40,496 nucleotides of DNA. It comes from Myxococcota bacterium. GTDB lineage: Bacteria > Myxococcota > XYA12-FULL-58-9 > JALHOP01. Below, piece by piece: positions 7,453-15,818 of this stretch. Below the pieces are notes generated by a model. It ran no database searches and was not told the DNA's origin. It saw nothing but the letters and a program-made list of their open reading frames with translations. Position 1 is the stretch's first letter, and the number at the start of each line of letters is the position of its first letter. The translations under genes and the position numbers were made by a program. Location: positions 1-40,496 of the forward strand of contig JBGGMJ010000037.1 of assembly GCA_041288095.1 (NCBI GenBank), read 5' to 3'.

Positions 7453-10307
7453 AGGCGCGCGCCACGCTCGCCGCGCGGACGAATTCCGCCGTTGGCGCGG
7501 GCGAAGTCCGCACGCCAATCATCGCCCTGCTGACCGCGAATCGAGGTCACCTGATAGCCGCCCGAGCCCACGGTGTAGCGCGCGTTGCTGGGGGCGAAGA
7601 GCAGGCCGCTATTGCGGTCGCGATAGAGGTAGCCGACGTAGCGCAGACGGCCGCTGGCGTTCTCGGAGTAGTGGTAGCGAACGCGGCCGGACTGGTCGAC
7701 GTCGCGACCGACGACCGTGAACCAGTGATCGGTGATGCCGTCGCGGTTGACGTCGGTGCCACCGTTGCGGGCGACGCCGAGAATCATGCGGTGGTTATTG
7801 GCAAGGCCCCAGTTGAGGTAGTTGTTGAGCGAGCGGAAGTCCTCGGGGTTACCACCGATGCGGCCGCCGGGCTCTTCGCTCTGCGCCGTCCAGTGACCTT
7901 CCCACGGATGCGCGCGACGGCCGGAGCTGGGTGTCGCACCCGGCGCCGCGCCGCGGAAGGCGACGTCATCGAGCGCACGGAGCAAGCAGTCGTCGCCGGC
8001 GCGCATGTAGTGGAGGCGGCCCGGCGTGAGGTTGATCGTCGCCATCTCGTCGGGGCGCGCGAGATCCGCGTCGCGGATGTCGCCGTAGGCGCGCGGGGTG
8101 TGCGTGTTCGGGCGCATGAGGCGCGCCTCGCGCATGAAGTCCATGACCTGGCCTGCCGTCGATCGCTCGTTGCCGCGTGTCGTCCTGTGGCCCAACGAGA
8201 GGGTGCCGGGGTGCGGGTCGAGCGCGCCGTATTCGCTCGGCAGTGCGGCGAGGCGGCGATAGAGCTCGTTGGCGGCGACACGACCTTGGCGGCGCGTCGG
8301 GTCGGCGCTCATCCATTGGGCGAAGCCGTCGACATCGAAGCGATTGTCGGAGATGCGACGCAGGTGGTCGCGCACCGTCTCGCCCGGGATGGGATTCGGG
8401 ATGACACCCGGAACCAGATCGCGTCGCGGCAAACGGCGGTCGAGGTCGGCCGCGGTGAGATGGAAGTTGCTGTTGGCGACGTCTTCGGCGAGGCGCTCGG
8501 GCGTGCGGATGTCGTGGCGCTGGGTGTAGCGGTCGAGGATCTCGACCACGCGGCCGACGCGCGTTTGGTTGAACTGGCCCTCATAGAGAGTGAGCGCCCG
8601 ACTGCGGTCGCCACCCTGAATGCCTTGGAGGGTGGCGTAGAGGCGGCTCATCTCCGAGTTCGGACCGCCGATGGTGTTGTTCGCCTCGGGCGGGCGGGCC
8701 AGGCCTTGGATGGTGGCCCAGGGGAGACCGGCTTGCGCGAGCGCTTCGCGATCCTGCGGCGTGATGGCGCCGATGTTGATGCGCCCGAACTGCATGTAAT
8801 CGCGGAACGCGTCACGGTCGACGGTCGCGCGCTCCGAAAGGCGCTGCTCGTTCTCGCTGAGAATGTTCCCCGTGTAGTTTGGGTCGGGGAGCGGCGGATC
8901 GAATGAGCTGCGCTGCGGCTGATCGGGGTCCGCCGGCAGGCTCGAGCGGAAGACCGCGTTCAAGCCGGCGACGATGCGGCCCGAGTCGGTAGGACGGTCG
9001 GCGCCGCCCGGGACGTTGAACGGGAGGTCGTCGGACGGGGTGCGCGTCGCGTGGTGCGAGACGAACGAATCGCGGCTGCCGTTTTCGTCCGGCCGGTCCG
9101 CGGCCCGGAAGAGGGCGCGGAGCTGCGGCACCGTGAGCTGAGCCGACCCGCCCGCGAGCCGCTCGCGCAGTTGCGGCAAGATGCCTGACTGATCGAGCGC
9201 GCGGTAAGCGTCGGGATTGGTGCGCTCGAGGTTGGCCAGCGCCGCGGCGTCGAAGGTGCCGTTGCGGAAGCCGCCGACGAAGTCGCGCTCCTTGACGGTG
9301 ATCGCGGTGCTCACGGTGGTGTTGGCGAGGACCTGCTGCAAAGCCTCGCCGGAGGGGGTGAGCGTCGCTTCGCTGCCGGGCCGGCCAGCGGGCGGATTCG
9401 CGACCATGGCGATGGAGCCGGCGCGGCCGTTGGCGTCGAAGCGGTCGATCCAGGAGAAGACATCGCCGGCGCGGCTCGCGGGAACCACCCCGTCGCGGCC
9501 CGCGAGACGGCGGAGCTCGCCCATGCGCTCGTCTGCTATAGCGGTGCGAAGGGTGGTGCGCTGCTCTTCGGAGAGAGCGGCGACGCCTTGACGCTGGAAG
9601 TTACGCCGGGTGTCGGCATCGAGGTTGAGCGCGCCCATGACGGTGCGCGAAACGTGGCGGTGAGCCCCGGCGCCTTTGCGCTCGAGATAGGAATAGCCGG
9701 TATCCGAAGCGAGGGTGCGCAGGCGCGCGTTGTCGACGAGCGTCGAGGTCTGCAGCTGGCCGCCCTCGACCGTCGAGCGGAACGTCGCCGCGTCCATGCT
9801 GCGTGCCGCCGCGGGGTTGTCGACGCGGGGCGCCTGTGTGACGGGCGCGGCCGCGGTGGGCCAGGAGATCGGAACGGTGCTTGGCTGAAAGCGCGTGGCA
9901 TCGGCCAAGGCGCGGAAGTGAGCTTGCTGGACGAGCGACGGGCGGTCGAAACCCGAAAAAGCGTGGTCGAAGCGGTTCGGAGCTCGGGTCACTGCCGACA
10001 TGTCGAGGTGCGGTGCGGTGAAGGCACCGTCGAGCGTCATCGAGCCCGGGCTCATCATCCCCGGCGTGATGCCGAAGCGGGCAAGGACGCTCGGGTCGCC
10101 GGTCACCCCAGGAAGCGTCGAGCGGGGGCGGTCTCCCTTGGGAGCGACGGTGTCGGTATTGGCGATGGCCGGCTGCTGCTCGCGACGGCCAGTCTGCCTG
10201 CCGGTGCACGTATTCGAAGCGGCGTCCTTATCGCCTTCTTCGACATCCGTGGTGCCGTTGGGGCGCCGCGTCGCGATGCTGCAGGTTGCTGGCCCGGTGC
10301 CGGTCAT
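7449..10307 (-). CDS. Large hypothetical protein with low-complexity N-terminus, helical repeats and a C-terminal papain-like Cys-His-Glu domain
   Basis: 952-aa ORF with GGAGG upstream. Paralogue of 3936..6317. Candidate triad in DCLLRA, DHWFTVVG and SENA. Confidence 0.75.
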   Translation of the reverse strand: MTGTGPATCSIATRRPNGTTDVEEGDKDAASNTCTGRQTGRREQQPAIANTDTVAPKGDRPRSTLPGVTGDPSVLARFGITPGMMSPGSMTLDGAFTAPHLDMSAVTRAPNRFDHAFSGFDRPSLVQQAHFRALADATRFQPSTVPISWPTAAAPVTQAPRVDNPAAARSMDAATFRSTVEGGQLQTSTLVDNARLRTLASDTGYSYLERKGAGAHRHVSRTVMGALNLDADTRRNFQRQGVAALSEEQRTTLRTAIADERMGELRRLAGRDGVVPASRAGDVFSWIDRFDANGRAGSIAMVANPPAGRPGSEATLTPSGEALQQVLANTTVSTAITVKERDFVGGFRNGTFDAAALANLERTNPDAYRALDQSGILPQLRERLAGGSAQLTVPQLRALFRAADRPDENGSRDSFVSHHATRTPSDDLPFNVPGGADRPTDSGRIVAGLNAVFRSSLPADPDQPQRSSFDPPLPDPNYTGNILSENEQRLSERATVDRDAFRDYMQFGRINIGAITPQDREALAQAGLPWATIQGLARPPEANNTIGGPNSEMSRLYATLQGIQGGDRSRALTLYEGQFNQTRVGRVVEILDRYTQRHDIRTPERLAEDVANSNFHLTAADLDRRLPRRDLVPGVIPNPIPGETVRDHLRRISDNRFDVDGFAQWMSADPTRRQGRVAANELYRRLAALPSEYGALDPHPGTLSLGHRTTRGNERSTAGQVMDFMREARLMRPNTHTPRAYGDIRDADLARPDEMATINLTPGRLHYMRAGDDCLLRALDDVAFRGAAPGATPSSGRRAHPWEGHWTAQSEEPGGRIGGNPEDFRSLNNYLNWGLANNHRMILGVARNGGTDVNRDGITDHWFTVVGRDVDQSGRVRYHYSENASGRLRYVGYLYRDRNSGLLFAPSNARYTVGSGGYQVTSIRGQQGDDWRADFARANGGIRPRGERGARL

Positions 10308-10404
10308 GAACTACTCTCGGCCTCCGTCAACGCACAAGTTATTGAAATCGCGTAGCTTTGAAACCCTTCTGCAGGGCAAACCGTGCAGAATCCCCAGTAT
10401 CTAG

Positions 10405-10434
10405 ATTATCGGTGTGTGCCTGATGGGAGTTGCG
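10405..10434 (-). promoter_or_regulatory. Sigma-28-like promoter motif copy
   Basis: Minus strand CGCAAC-N16-CCGATAAT, about 100 bp upstream of ATG 10307. Confidence 0.7.
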
Positions 10435-10918
10435 CGAAAAACATGCTGCTTCTCTACATATTCATGTGGGCGTGATTCTGGATGTCTAACCAAAGCGCCA
10501 GTTAGCTCGTATGGTTAGTAAGCGCGTTTGGCGATTCTGCGTGGATCTGTCTGTGCGCGTGTGTTAATTGAATCATCACAGTAGTCGATCACAGCGTGCT
10601 CATTTGAATCCTGGTTCGAAGCTCTTCTCAGCGCCCCCTTGGCGCAGCCTGTGGTCGGTAGCGAGACACGGCGTCCCTACGTCCGTGGCATTCCTGCGTT
10701 CAGCCCCCACCATCTCTGAGCCAGCGTCCGTTATCCCGAACGAAATCTGTTTTAGCGTTTTACCTGCGACGCGTGTCGGCGGTGTCCCGTCGGTCCGCGC
10801 GTATGGAGAGTTTTTGGTTCGGCGGGCCGCGTAGGTTCGCCGGTTTTGAAGGCGTGGGTAAGCTACGCCGCAGTGTGTGTGACCGTTCGATAGTGAGCGG
10901 CGCCAAGGAGATGGAAGC

Positions 10919-11419
10919 GTGGGTAACAAGTTGTTTGTGGGCGGTCTGAGCTGGAACACCAAGGATGATGGTCTGAAGGCCGCTTTCGAGCGGTTCGGAG
11001 CGATCAGCGAAGCCAAGGTGATCCTGGACCGCGACACTGGCCGTTCGCGCGGCTTTGGTTTCGTGACCTTTGGCAGCACTGACGAAGCGCGCAAGGCCAT
11101 GGAAGAGATGAATGGCGCCGAGCTCGACGGCCGCACCATCAAGGTGAACGAAGCTGAAGAGAAGCAGCGTCGTCCCGGTGGCGGCGGTGGTGGCGGCTAC
11201 GGCGGTGGTGGCGGCGGCTACGGCGGCGGTGGCGGTGGCTACGGCGGCGGTGGCGGCGGCGGCTACGGCGGCGGCGGCGGTGGCGGTGGCTACGGCGGTG
11301 GTGGCAGCGGCGGTGGCGGCGGTGGCCGTGGTGGTCGTGGCGGCCGTGGTGGTCGTGGTGACCGCGGCGGTGGCGGCGGTTACGACGGCGGCGACGGCGG
11401 CGGCGGCGACCGCTGGTAG
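10919..11419 (+). CDS. RRM (RNP-1) RNA-binding protein with Gly-rich/RGG tail
   Basis: RNP2 KLFVGGL and RNP1 RGFGFVTF. Tail of YGGGGGG and RGG repeats. AAGGAG Shine-Dalgarno before the GTG start. Confidence 0.97.
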   Translation: MGNKLFVGGLSWNTKDDGLKAAFERFGAISEAKVILDRDTGRSRGFGFVTFGSTDEARKAMEEMNGAELDGRTIKVNEAEEKQRRPGGGGGGGYGGGGGGYGGGGGGYGGGGGGGYGGGGGGGGYGGGGSGGGGGGRGGRGGRGGRGDRGGGGGYDGGDGGGGDRW

Positions 11420-11463
11420 TTCGCGCTCGAGCGATGTCCGCGGCGCCTACGCGTTAGCGGACA

Positions 11464-11529
11464 CAGCAAAACGAAGAAACCCATGTCTCACGGCAATCAC
11501 CGTGAGCACATGGGTTTTCGTTTTTGTTG
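11464..11529. terminator. Long inverted repeat, probable bidirectional intrinsic terminator
   Basis: CAGCAAAACGAAGAAACCCATGTCTCACGG-caatca-CCGTGAGCACATGGGTTTTCGTTTTTGTTG lies between convergent genes and has A and T tracts at its outer ends. Confidence 0.8.
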
Positions 11530-11542
11530 AGAGGCGCTACGC

Positions 11543-11965
11543 TTAGTCGAAGATCTCTTCGAGACCGCGGCCCACGTCACCGGCCACATTGCCGGCGGCG
11601 GCCAGCGCGATGGCGATAGGGCCCGCGTTCTGGCGGAACAGGCCCTCGATGCGCTCGTAGCCACGCACGAAGTTCTCGGCGCGATCACGACGGGAGCGCG
11701 CGACTTCGCGGTCGGCGATGGCCCTGGCGATGTCCAGCGGCCCATTAGCGGCGTCGAGATTGCGCTCGGCGCGATAGAGGCCGCGCTCGGTGCCGGCGAG
11801 ATGCTGCTTGGCTCGCTCGAGCGAGTTACGAACGATCACGAGCTCCAAGGGGCTGATACCGCCCCGCAAGGCTTCGTCGAGGATATCGGCGCTTTCGCGC
11901 GAGTCGACGACGTTGCCACTGCGCATGGCTTCGCGAACGCGGGTATCGAGAGTAATGCGGTCCAT
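11543..11965 (-). CDS. Hypothetical helical protein (140 aa)
   Basis: ORF with GAGGGG upstream that fills the gap between the terminator and the motif copy. No family recognised. Confidence 0.7.
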   Translation of the reverse strand: MDRITLDTRVREAMRSGNVVDSRESADILDEALRGGISPLELVIVRNSLERAKQHLAGTERGLYRAERNLDAANGPLDIARAIADREVARSRRDRAENFVRGYERIEGLFRQNAGPIAIALAAAGNVAGDVGRGLEEIFD

Positions 11966-12032
11966 TTGACGAAATTCCCCCTCGCGGACCTGGTCGGGTC
12001 CACGGACTGGTTTGAATGCAATGGGATGTCGC

Positions 12033-12062
12033 TTTGTCGGATCCCGGAGCCCAAGGGTTGCG
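12033..12062 (-). promoter_or_regulatory. Sigma-28-like promoter motif copy
   Basis: Minus strand CGCAAC-N16-CCGACAAA, about 70 bp upstream of ATG 11965. Confidence 0.6.
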
Positions 12063-12135
12063 CGTTTCCGCCTCGCAGGCGGGTGCCGCGCGAGCTCCGC
12101 AAAATAAAACGACCGGTCGTGCTTTTTTGCCTTAG

Positions 12136-13929
12136 CTACCGGTACGCGGCCGCCTGGAGGGTAAAGAGCTTGGCGTAGACGCCACCAGCCGCCATCAGCT
12201 CGTCGTGGGACCCCCGCTCGATGATCCGCCCGCGCTCGATGACCACGATGCTGTCCGCCATGCGCACGGTCGAAAAGCGATGGGCGATGAGAATGGCGAT
12301 CTGTCGCTCGGTGAGCGCCTTGATGCGCTCGAAGACCTGATACTCCGCCGCCGCGTCCATCGATGCCGTCGGCTCATCGAGCACGATGATGTCCGCGTCT
12401 TGCCGCATGAACGCCCGTGACAAGGCAATCTTCTGCCACTGGCCGCCGGAGAGCTCCTGCCCATCCTTGAACCAGCGCCCGAGCTGCGTGCGGTATCTCG
12501 CGGACAATTCCTCGATGAACGGCGCGGCCATCCCTTTCTCAGCCGCGGCGCGCTGCCGCGGCTCTTCCTCGAGGTAGCGTACGTCGCCGCTGCCGATGTT
12601 CTCGCCGACCGGTAGCTGGTAGCGCACGAAGTCCTGGAAGATGACGGCGATACGGGCGCGCAGCGTCTCCGGCTCCCATTGCGCGAGGTCGGCGCCGTCG
12701 ATGAGGATGCGGCCGCTGGTGGGCCGGTACAAGCCGGCGAGCAGCTTGATGAGCGTCGTCTTGCCCGAGCCGTTTTCACCGACCAGCGCGAGCTTCTGGC
12801 CCGGCCGGATGTGCAGGTCGATGTCCGCTAAAGCGGCCACTGAAGAGCCGGGGTACACGAACGACACACCCTCGAAGCGCACCCCATCCGACGGATCCGT
12901 GCCGCGCGTCACCGTGCCTTGCGCCACCGCGAGCGAAGGCTGCTCCAGGAACTCGTAGAGCGTCGACAGGTAGAGACTGTCTTCGTACAGGCCGCCGACC
13001 GCGCCCAGCGCCGCCGCCACCGCGCTCTGACCTTGGCGAAACAGCGCCAGGTACATCGTCATGTCGCCGAGCGAGATGCCGCCGCGCACCGCCTCCAAGG
13101 CGATCCACGCGTAGGCCGCATAGAACGCGCCCGTGCCGAAGAGGCCCACGAGAAAACCCCACACGCTTCGCTTCACCGTGAGGTTGCGGTCCTCGGCGTA
13201 GAGTCTTTTGAATATATTCTTGTAGCGATCGAGGAAGAGCGGGGCGAGCTGATAGAGCTTCACCTCCTTGGCGTAGCTCTCGATGGCAAGCACGGTCTCG
13301 AGGTAGCTCTGCTGTCGTGTTTCGGGTGAGCGCCAGCGGAAGAGCCGGAACGCGTCGCTCGAGAACTTCGCTTCGACCAGGAACGACGGCACTCCGGCGA
13401 GCACGAGCACCGCCGCGGCGTAACCGGAGAAGCCGACGAGCAGCGTCCCGAACGCGACCAGTGACACCATGTTCTGCATGAGCCCGAAGGAGCGGCGTAC
13501 CATCGCCATCGGCCGGCTGGATGCCTCGCGCCGCGCCCGCGTCAGCTTGTCGTAGAACTCGGAGTCCTCGAACTGCGTGAGCTCGAGCGTCACGGCCTTC
13601 TCGAGGATCATCTCGTTGACCCGCTCGGCGAGTAGGGCGCGCAGCAGGGCGTCGCAAGCCGACAAGCCGCGCTGAGCGGCGAGCAGGGTGACGACGAGGC
13701 CGCCTTCGACAGCCACCCAACGCAAGGCCTCGCCGTGCCCGCGCGCTTGCACGACCGCGTCGACGATCAGCTTGCCGATGTACGCGATACCAGCCGGCAA
13801 CACCGCCGCGACCACGGTGAAGAGGCCGAAGGCGAGGGTCAGAGCCGCGCTGGTCTGCCACGCGAGCGACAAGGCGCGACCGCAATAGCGTACAATGCTG
13901 CCGACGTTACGTAACGGCCGCTCGCTCAC
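12136..13929 (-). CDS. ABC exporter, fused permease/ATP-binding subunit
   Basis: N-terminal TM domain, Walker A GENGSGKTT, signature LSGGQWQK, Walker B IIVLDEPT, and H-loop IAHR. Confidence 0.96.
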   Translation of the reverse strand: MSERPLRNVGSIVRYCGRALSLAWQTSAALTLAFGLFTVVAAVLPAGIAYIGKLIVDAVVQARGHGEALRWVAVEGGLVVTLLAAQRGLSACDALLRALLAERVNEMILEKAVTLELTQFEDSEFYDKLTRARREASSRPMAMVRRSFGLMQNMVSLVAFGTLLVGFSGYAAAVLVLAGVPSFLVEAKFSSDAFRLFRWRSPETRQQSYLETVLAIESYAKEVKLYQLAPLFLDRYKNIFKRLYAEDRNLTVKRSVWGFLVGLFGTGAFYAAYAWIALEAVRGGISLGDMTMYLALFRQGQSAVAAALGAVGGLYEDSLYLSTLYEFLEQPSLAVAQGTVTRGTDPSDGVRFEGVSFVYPGSSVAALADIDLHIRPGQKLALVGENGSGKTTLIKLLAGLYRPTSGRILIDGADLAQWEPETLRARIAVIFQDFVRYQLPVGENIGSGDVRYLEEEPRQRAAAEKGMAAPFIEELSARYRTQLGRWFKDGQELSGGQWQKIALSRAFMRQDADIIVLDEPTASMDAAAEYQVFERIKALTERQIAILIAHRFSTVRMADSIVVIERGRIIERGSHDELMAAGGVYAKLFTLQAAAYR

Positions 13930-14477
13930 TCCCCGAAGCGTGCACGCGTCAGCCGTGAACGACCCTTGGCGTCGATGTCGACGATGAACATGTCGCCATA
14001 CGCGCCCTCGTCGAGGGTCACCTTCTCTTGCACACCGAGCAACTTCACGAGATCGGGGATGACGTTGATGTGCGAAGCGATGACGACGCTCTGGCCCTTG
14101 TGGTCGCTCAACAGGCGCTTCGCGAAGGCCTTGTCGTTGGTGCCTTCGATGATCGAGATGTTCAGCCGGTGCGCGGCGGCCAACGGCTTCACGGTCGCCT
14201 GCGTGCGCTTGTACGGGGTCGAATAGATGGCGTCGACCTTCTCTTGCTCGAGCGCGCCGACTAGCGCCTGGGCGCGCTCTTGGCCGCGTGCGGTGAGGCC
14301 GGGATCGGTCTCGCCGCCGGCTTTTTCACAGTGCCTGATGAGGATGTAGCGACTCACGGTCTGTTTGCGATCGGGACGCGCCGCGATCGATTGTTGCACG
14401 GGTTGCGGTTTCGGGCGCGCCTCCTTGCCGGGAGGTGCAATCGCGATCATCAACGCTAGAGCCGTGGCAACCGTCAT
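13926..14477 (-). CDS. Histidine phosphatase (phosphoglycerate mutase/SixA-like) family protein, exported
   Basis: ILIRHCEK, LTARGQERA, YSTPYKRTQAT and IASH motifs, with an N-terminal hydrophobic signal. Confidence 0.88.
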   Translation of the reverse strand: MTVATALALMIAIAPPGKEARPKPQPVQQSIAARPDRKQTVSRYILIRHCEKAGGETDPGLTARGQERAQALVGALEQEKVDAIYSTPYKRTQATVKPLAAAHRLNISIIEGTNDKAFAKRLLSDHKGQSVVIASHINVIPDLVKLLGVQEKVTLDEGAYGDMFIVDIDAKGRSRLTRARFGE

Positions 14478-14935
14478 ACCTTGAGTGCCTCCTCGACCAG
14501 CTTGCGCGTCAGCGCCGGGTCGACCTGACCTTTGTGCTCTTTCATGATGGCGCCGATCACTCGGCCGACATCTTTGGCTTCCTTGGCGCCGAGCGCGGCG
14601 ATGGTGTCTTTCACCAGCGTCGCGGTAACGTCAGGGGACAGCATTTTGGGCAGAAACTGGGAGAGGTAGTCAATCTCGTTGCGATAGCTCGTGATCAGCG
14701 CTGTCCCGCGGTCGCCGGCGCCGCCGAGGTCGGCGATGCCCTTCTCCAGCATGCGCACGTAGCCGTTGATGGTCTTCTGATAGAAGGCATCGTCGGCCGG
14801 GCCTTTGAAGTCGGCCGCGTTCATCGCCTCTTGCGCCTTGGAGCGAAGCTGGCGCACACAGGCGACCTTCGCCTGGTCCTTGGCCCTCATGGCGGTCTTC
14901 AAGTCGTCGTCCAAGCGCTTTGCGATGTCTGACAC
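14474..14935 (-). CDS. GatB/YqeY domain protein
   Basis: DDLKTAMRAKD, EIDYLSQFLPKML and KDVGRVIGAIMKEHKGQVD. GTG start at 14935 with GGAG upstream. Confidence 0.88.
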   Translation of the reverse strand: MSDIAKRLDDDLKTAMRAKDQAKVACVRQLRSKAQEAMNAADFKGPADDAFYQKTINGYVRMLEKGIADLGGAGDRGTALITSYRNEIDYLSQFLPKMLSPDVTATLVKDTIAALGAKEAKDVGRVIGAIMKEHKGQVDPALTRKLVEEALKV

Positions 14936-15000
14936 GGAACGGCTCCTAGATATTGTCTCGCTTCGAGTAGTGCGTATCGTACCGACCAAGGGGAACCAGA

Positions 15001-15810
15001 ATGAAATGGACTACAGCGATCCTTTCTCTCGCGCTAGCCACAGGCTGCGCCACATCACCCACTGGTCGTAAACAGCTCATTCTGGTGCCCGATGACCAGA
15101 TGGATCAGCTCGGCGCCCAAGCCTTCACCGAAATCCAAAAGGAGACGCCGGTCACCAAGAACGGCCAGGCCATGCAATACGTTTCCTGCATCGCCAAGAG
15201 CATCACCTCGGTGCTGCCGAAGGAATACCAGGGCGCTTGGGACGTGAAGGTGTTCGAGTCCGAGCAAGTGAATGCCTTCGCATTGCCCGGCAAGAAGATC
15301 GGGGTCTTCACCGGCCTACTCAAGGTCGCGGTCAACCAGGACCAGGTCGCCACCGTCATGGGACACGAGGTTGGCCACGTGCTCGCGCGCCATGGCAACG
15401 AGCGTGTTTCGCAGAACGTCATCCTGCAATCGGGTCTGTCGGTCGTCGATGCCTTCGTCGGCGGCAGCGCTACCCAGCGCAACCTCATCATGGGCGCGCT
15501 CGGCGTCGGCGCCCAGTTCGGCGTCGTCTTGCCACACGGCCGCACGCAGGAGTCGGAGGCCGACCGTATCGGTCTCGAGCTCATGGCCGCGGCCGGCTTC
15601 GATCCAAAAGAGTCAGTCGACCTCTGGCAGAACATGGGCAAGGCCTCGGGTGGCCAGGAGCCGCCGGAGTGGATGTCCACGCACCCGGCGAACGCATCGC
15701 GCATCGCCGGCCTCCAAGAGCACATGGCGATGGCCGAAGGGGAGCGCGCCAAGGCCAAGGCGGCCGGCCGCGTCCCGCAGTGTGGTAGCGCCGGAATCGC
15801 GGCGAACTGA
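15001..15810 (+). CDS. M48 family zinc metallopeptidase, lipoprotein
   Basis: Lipobox LATGC, VNAFALPG, GHEVGH (HExxH), QESEAD and WMSTHP. Confidence 0.95.
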   Translation: MKWTTAILSLALATGCATSPTGRKQLILVPDDQMDQLGAQAFTEIQKETPVTKNGQAMQYVSCIAKSITSVLPKEYQGAWDVKVFESEQVNAFALPGKKIGVFTGLLKVAVNQDQVATVMGHEVGHVLARHGNERVSQNVILQSGLSVVDAFVGGSATQRNLIMGALGVGAQFGVVLPHGRTQESEADRIGLELMAAAGFDPKESVDLWQNMGKASGGQEPPEWMSTHPANASRIAGLQEHMAMAEGERAKAKAAGRVPQCGSAGIAAN

Positions 15811-15818
15811 GGCTCGAT

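Noticed and set aside
10335-10347. IHF-like site (TTTCAATAACTTG on the minus strand) in the leader of the 952-aa gene
   Set aside because: It is a single imperfect match to a degenerate consensus, too weak to call without other evidence.
11176-11410. GGC/GGT-rich repeat tract as a CRISPR array or VNTR element
   Set aside because: It is fully explained by the poly-Gly coding sequence of the RRM protein and has no repeat-spacer structure.
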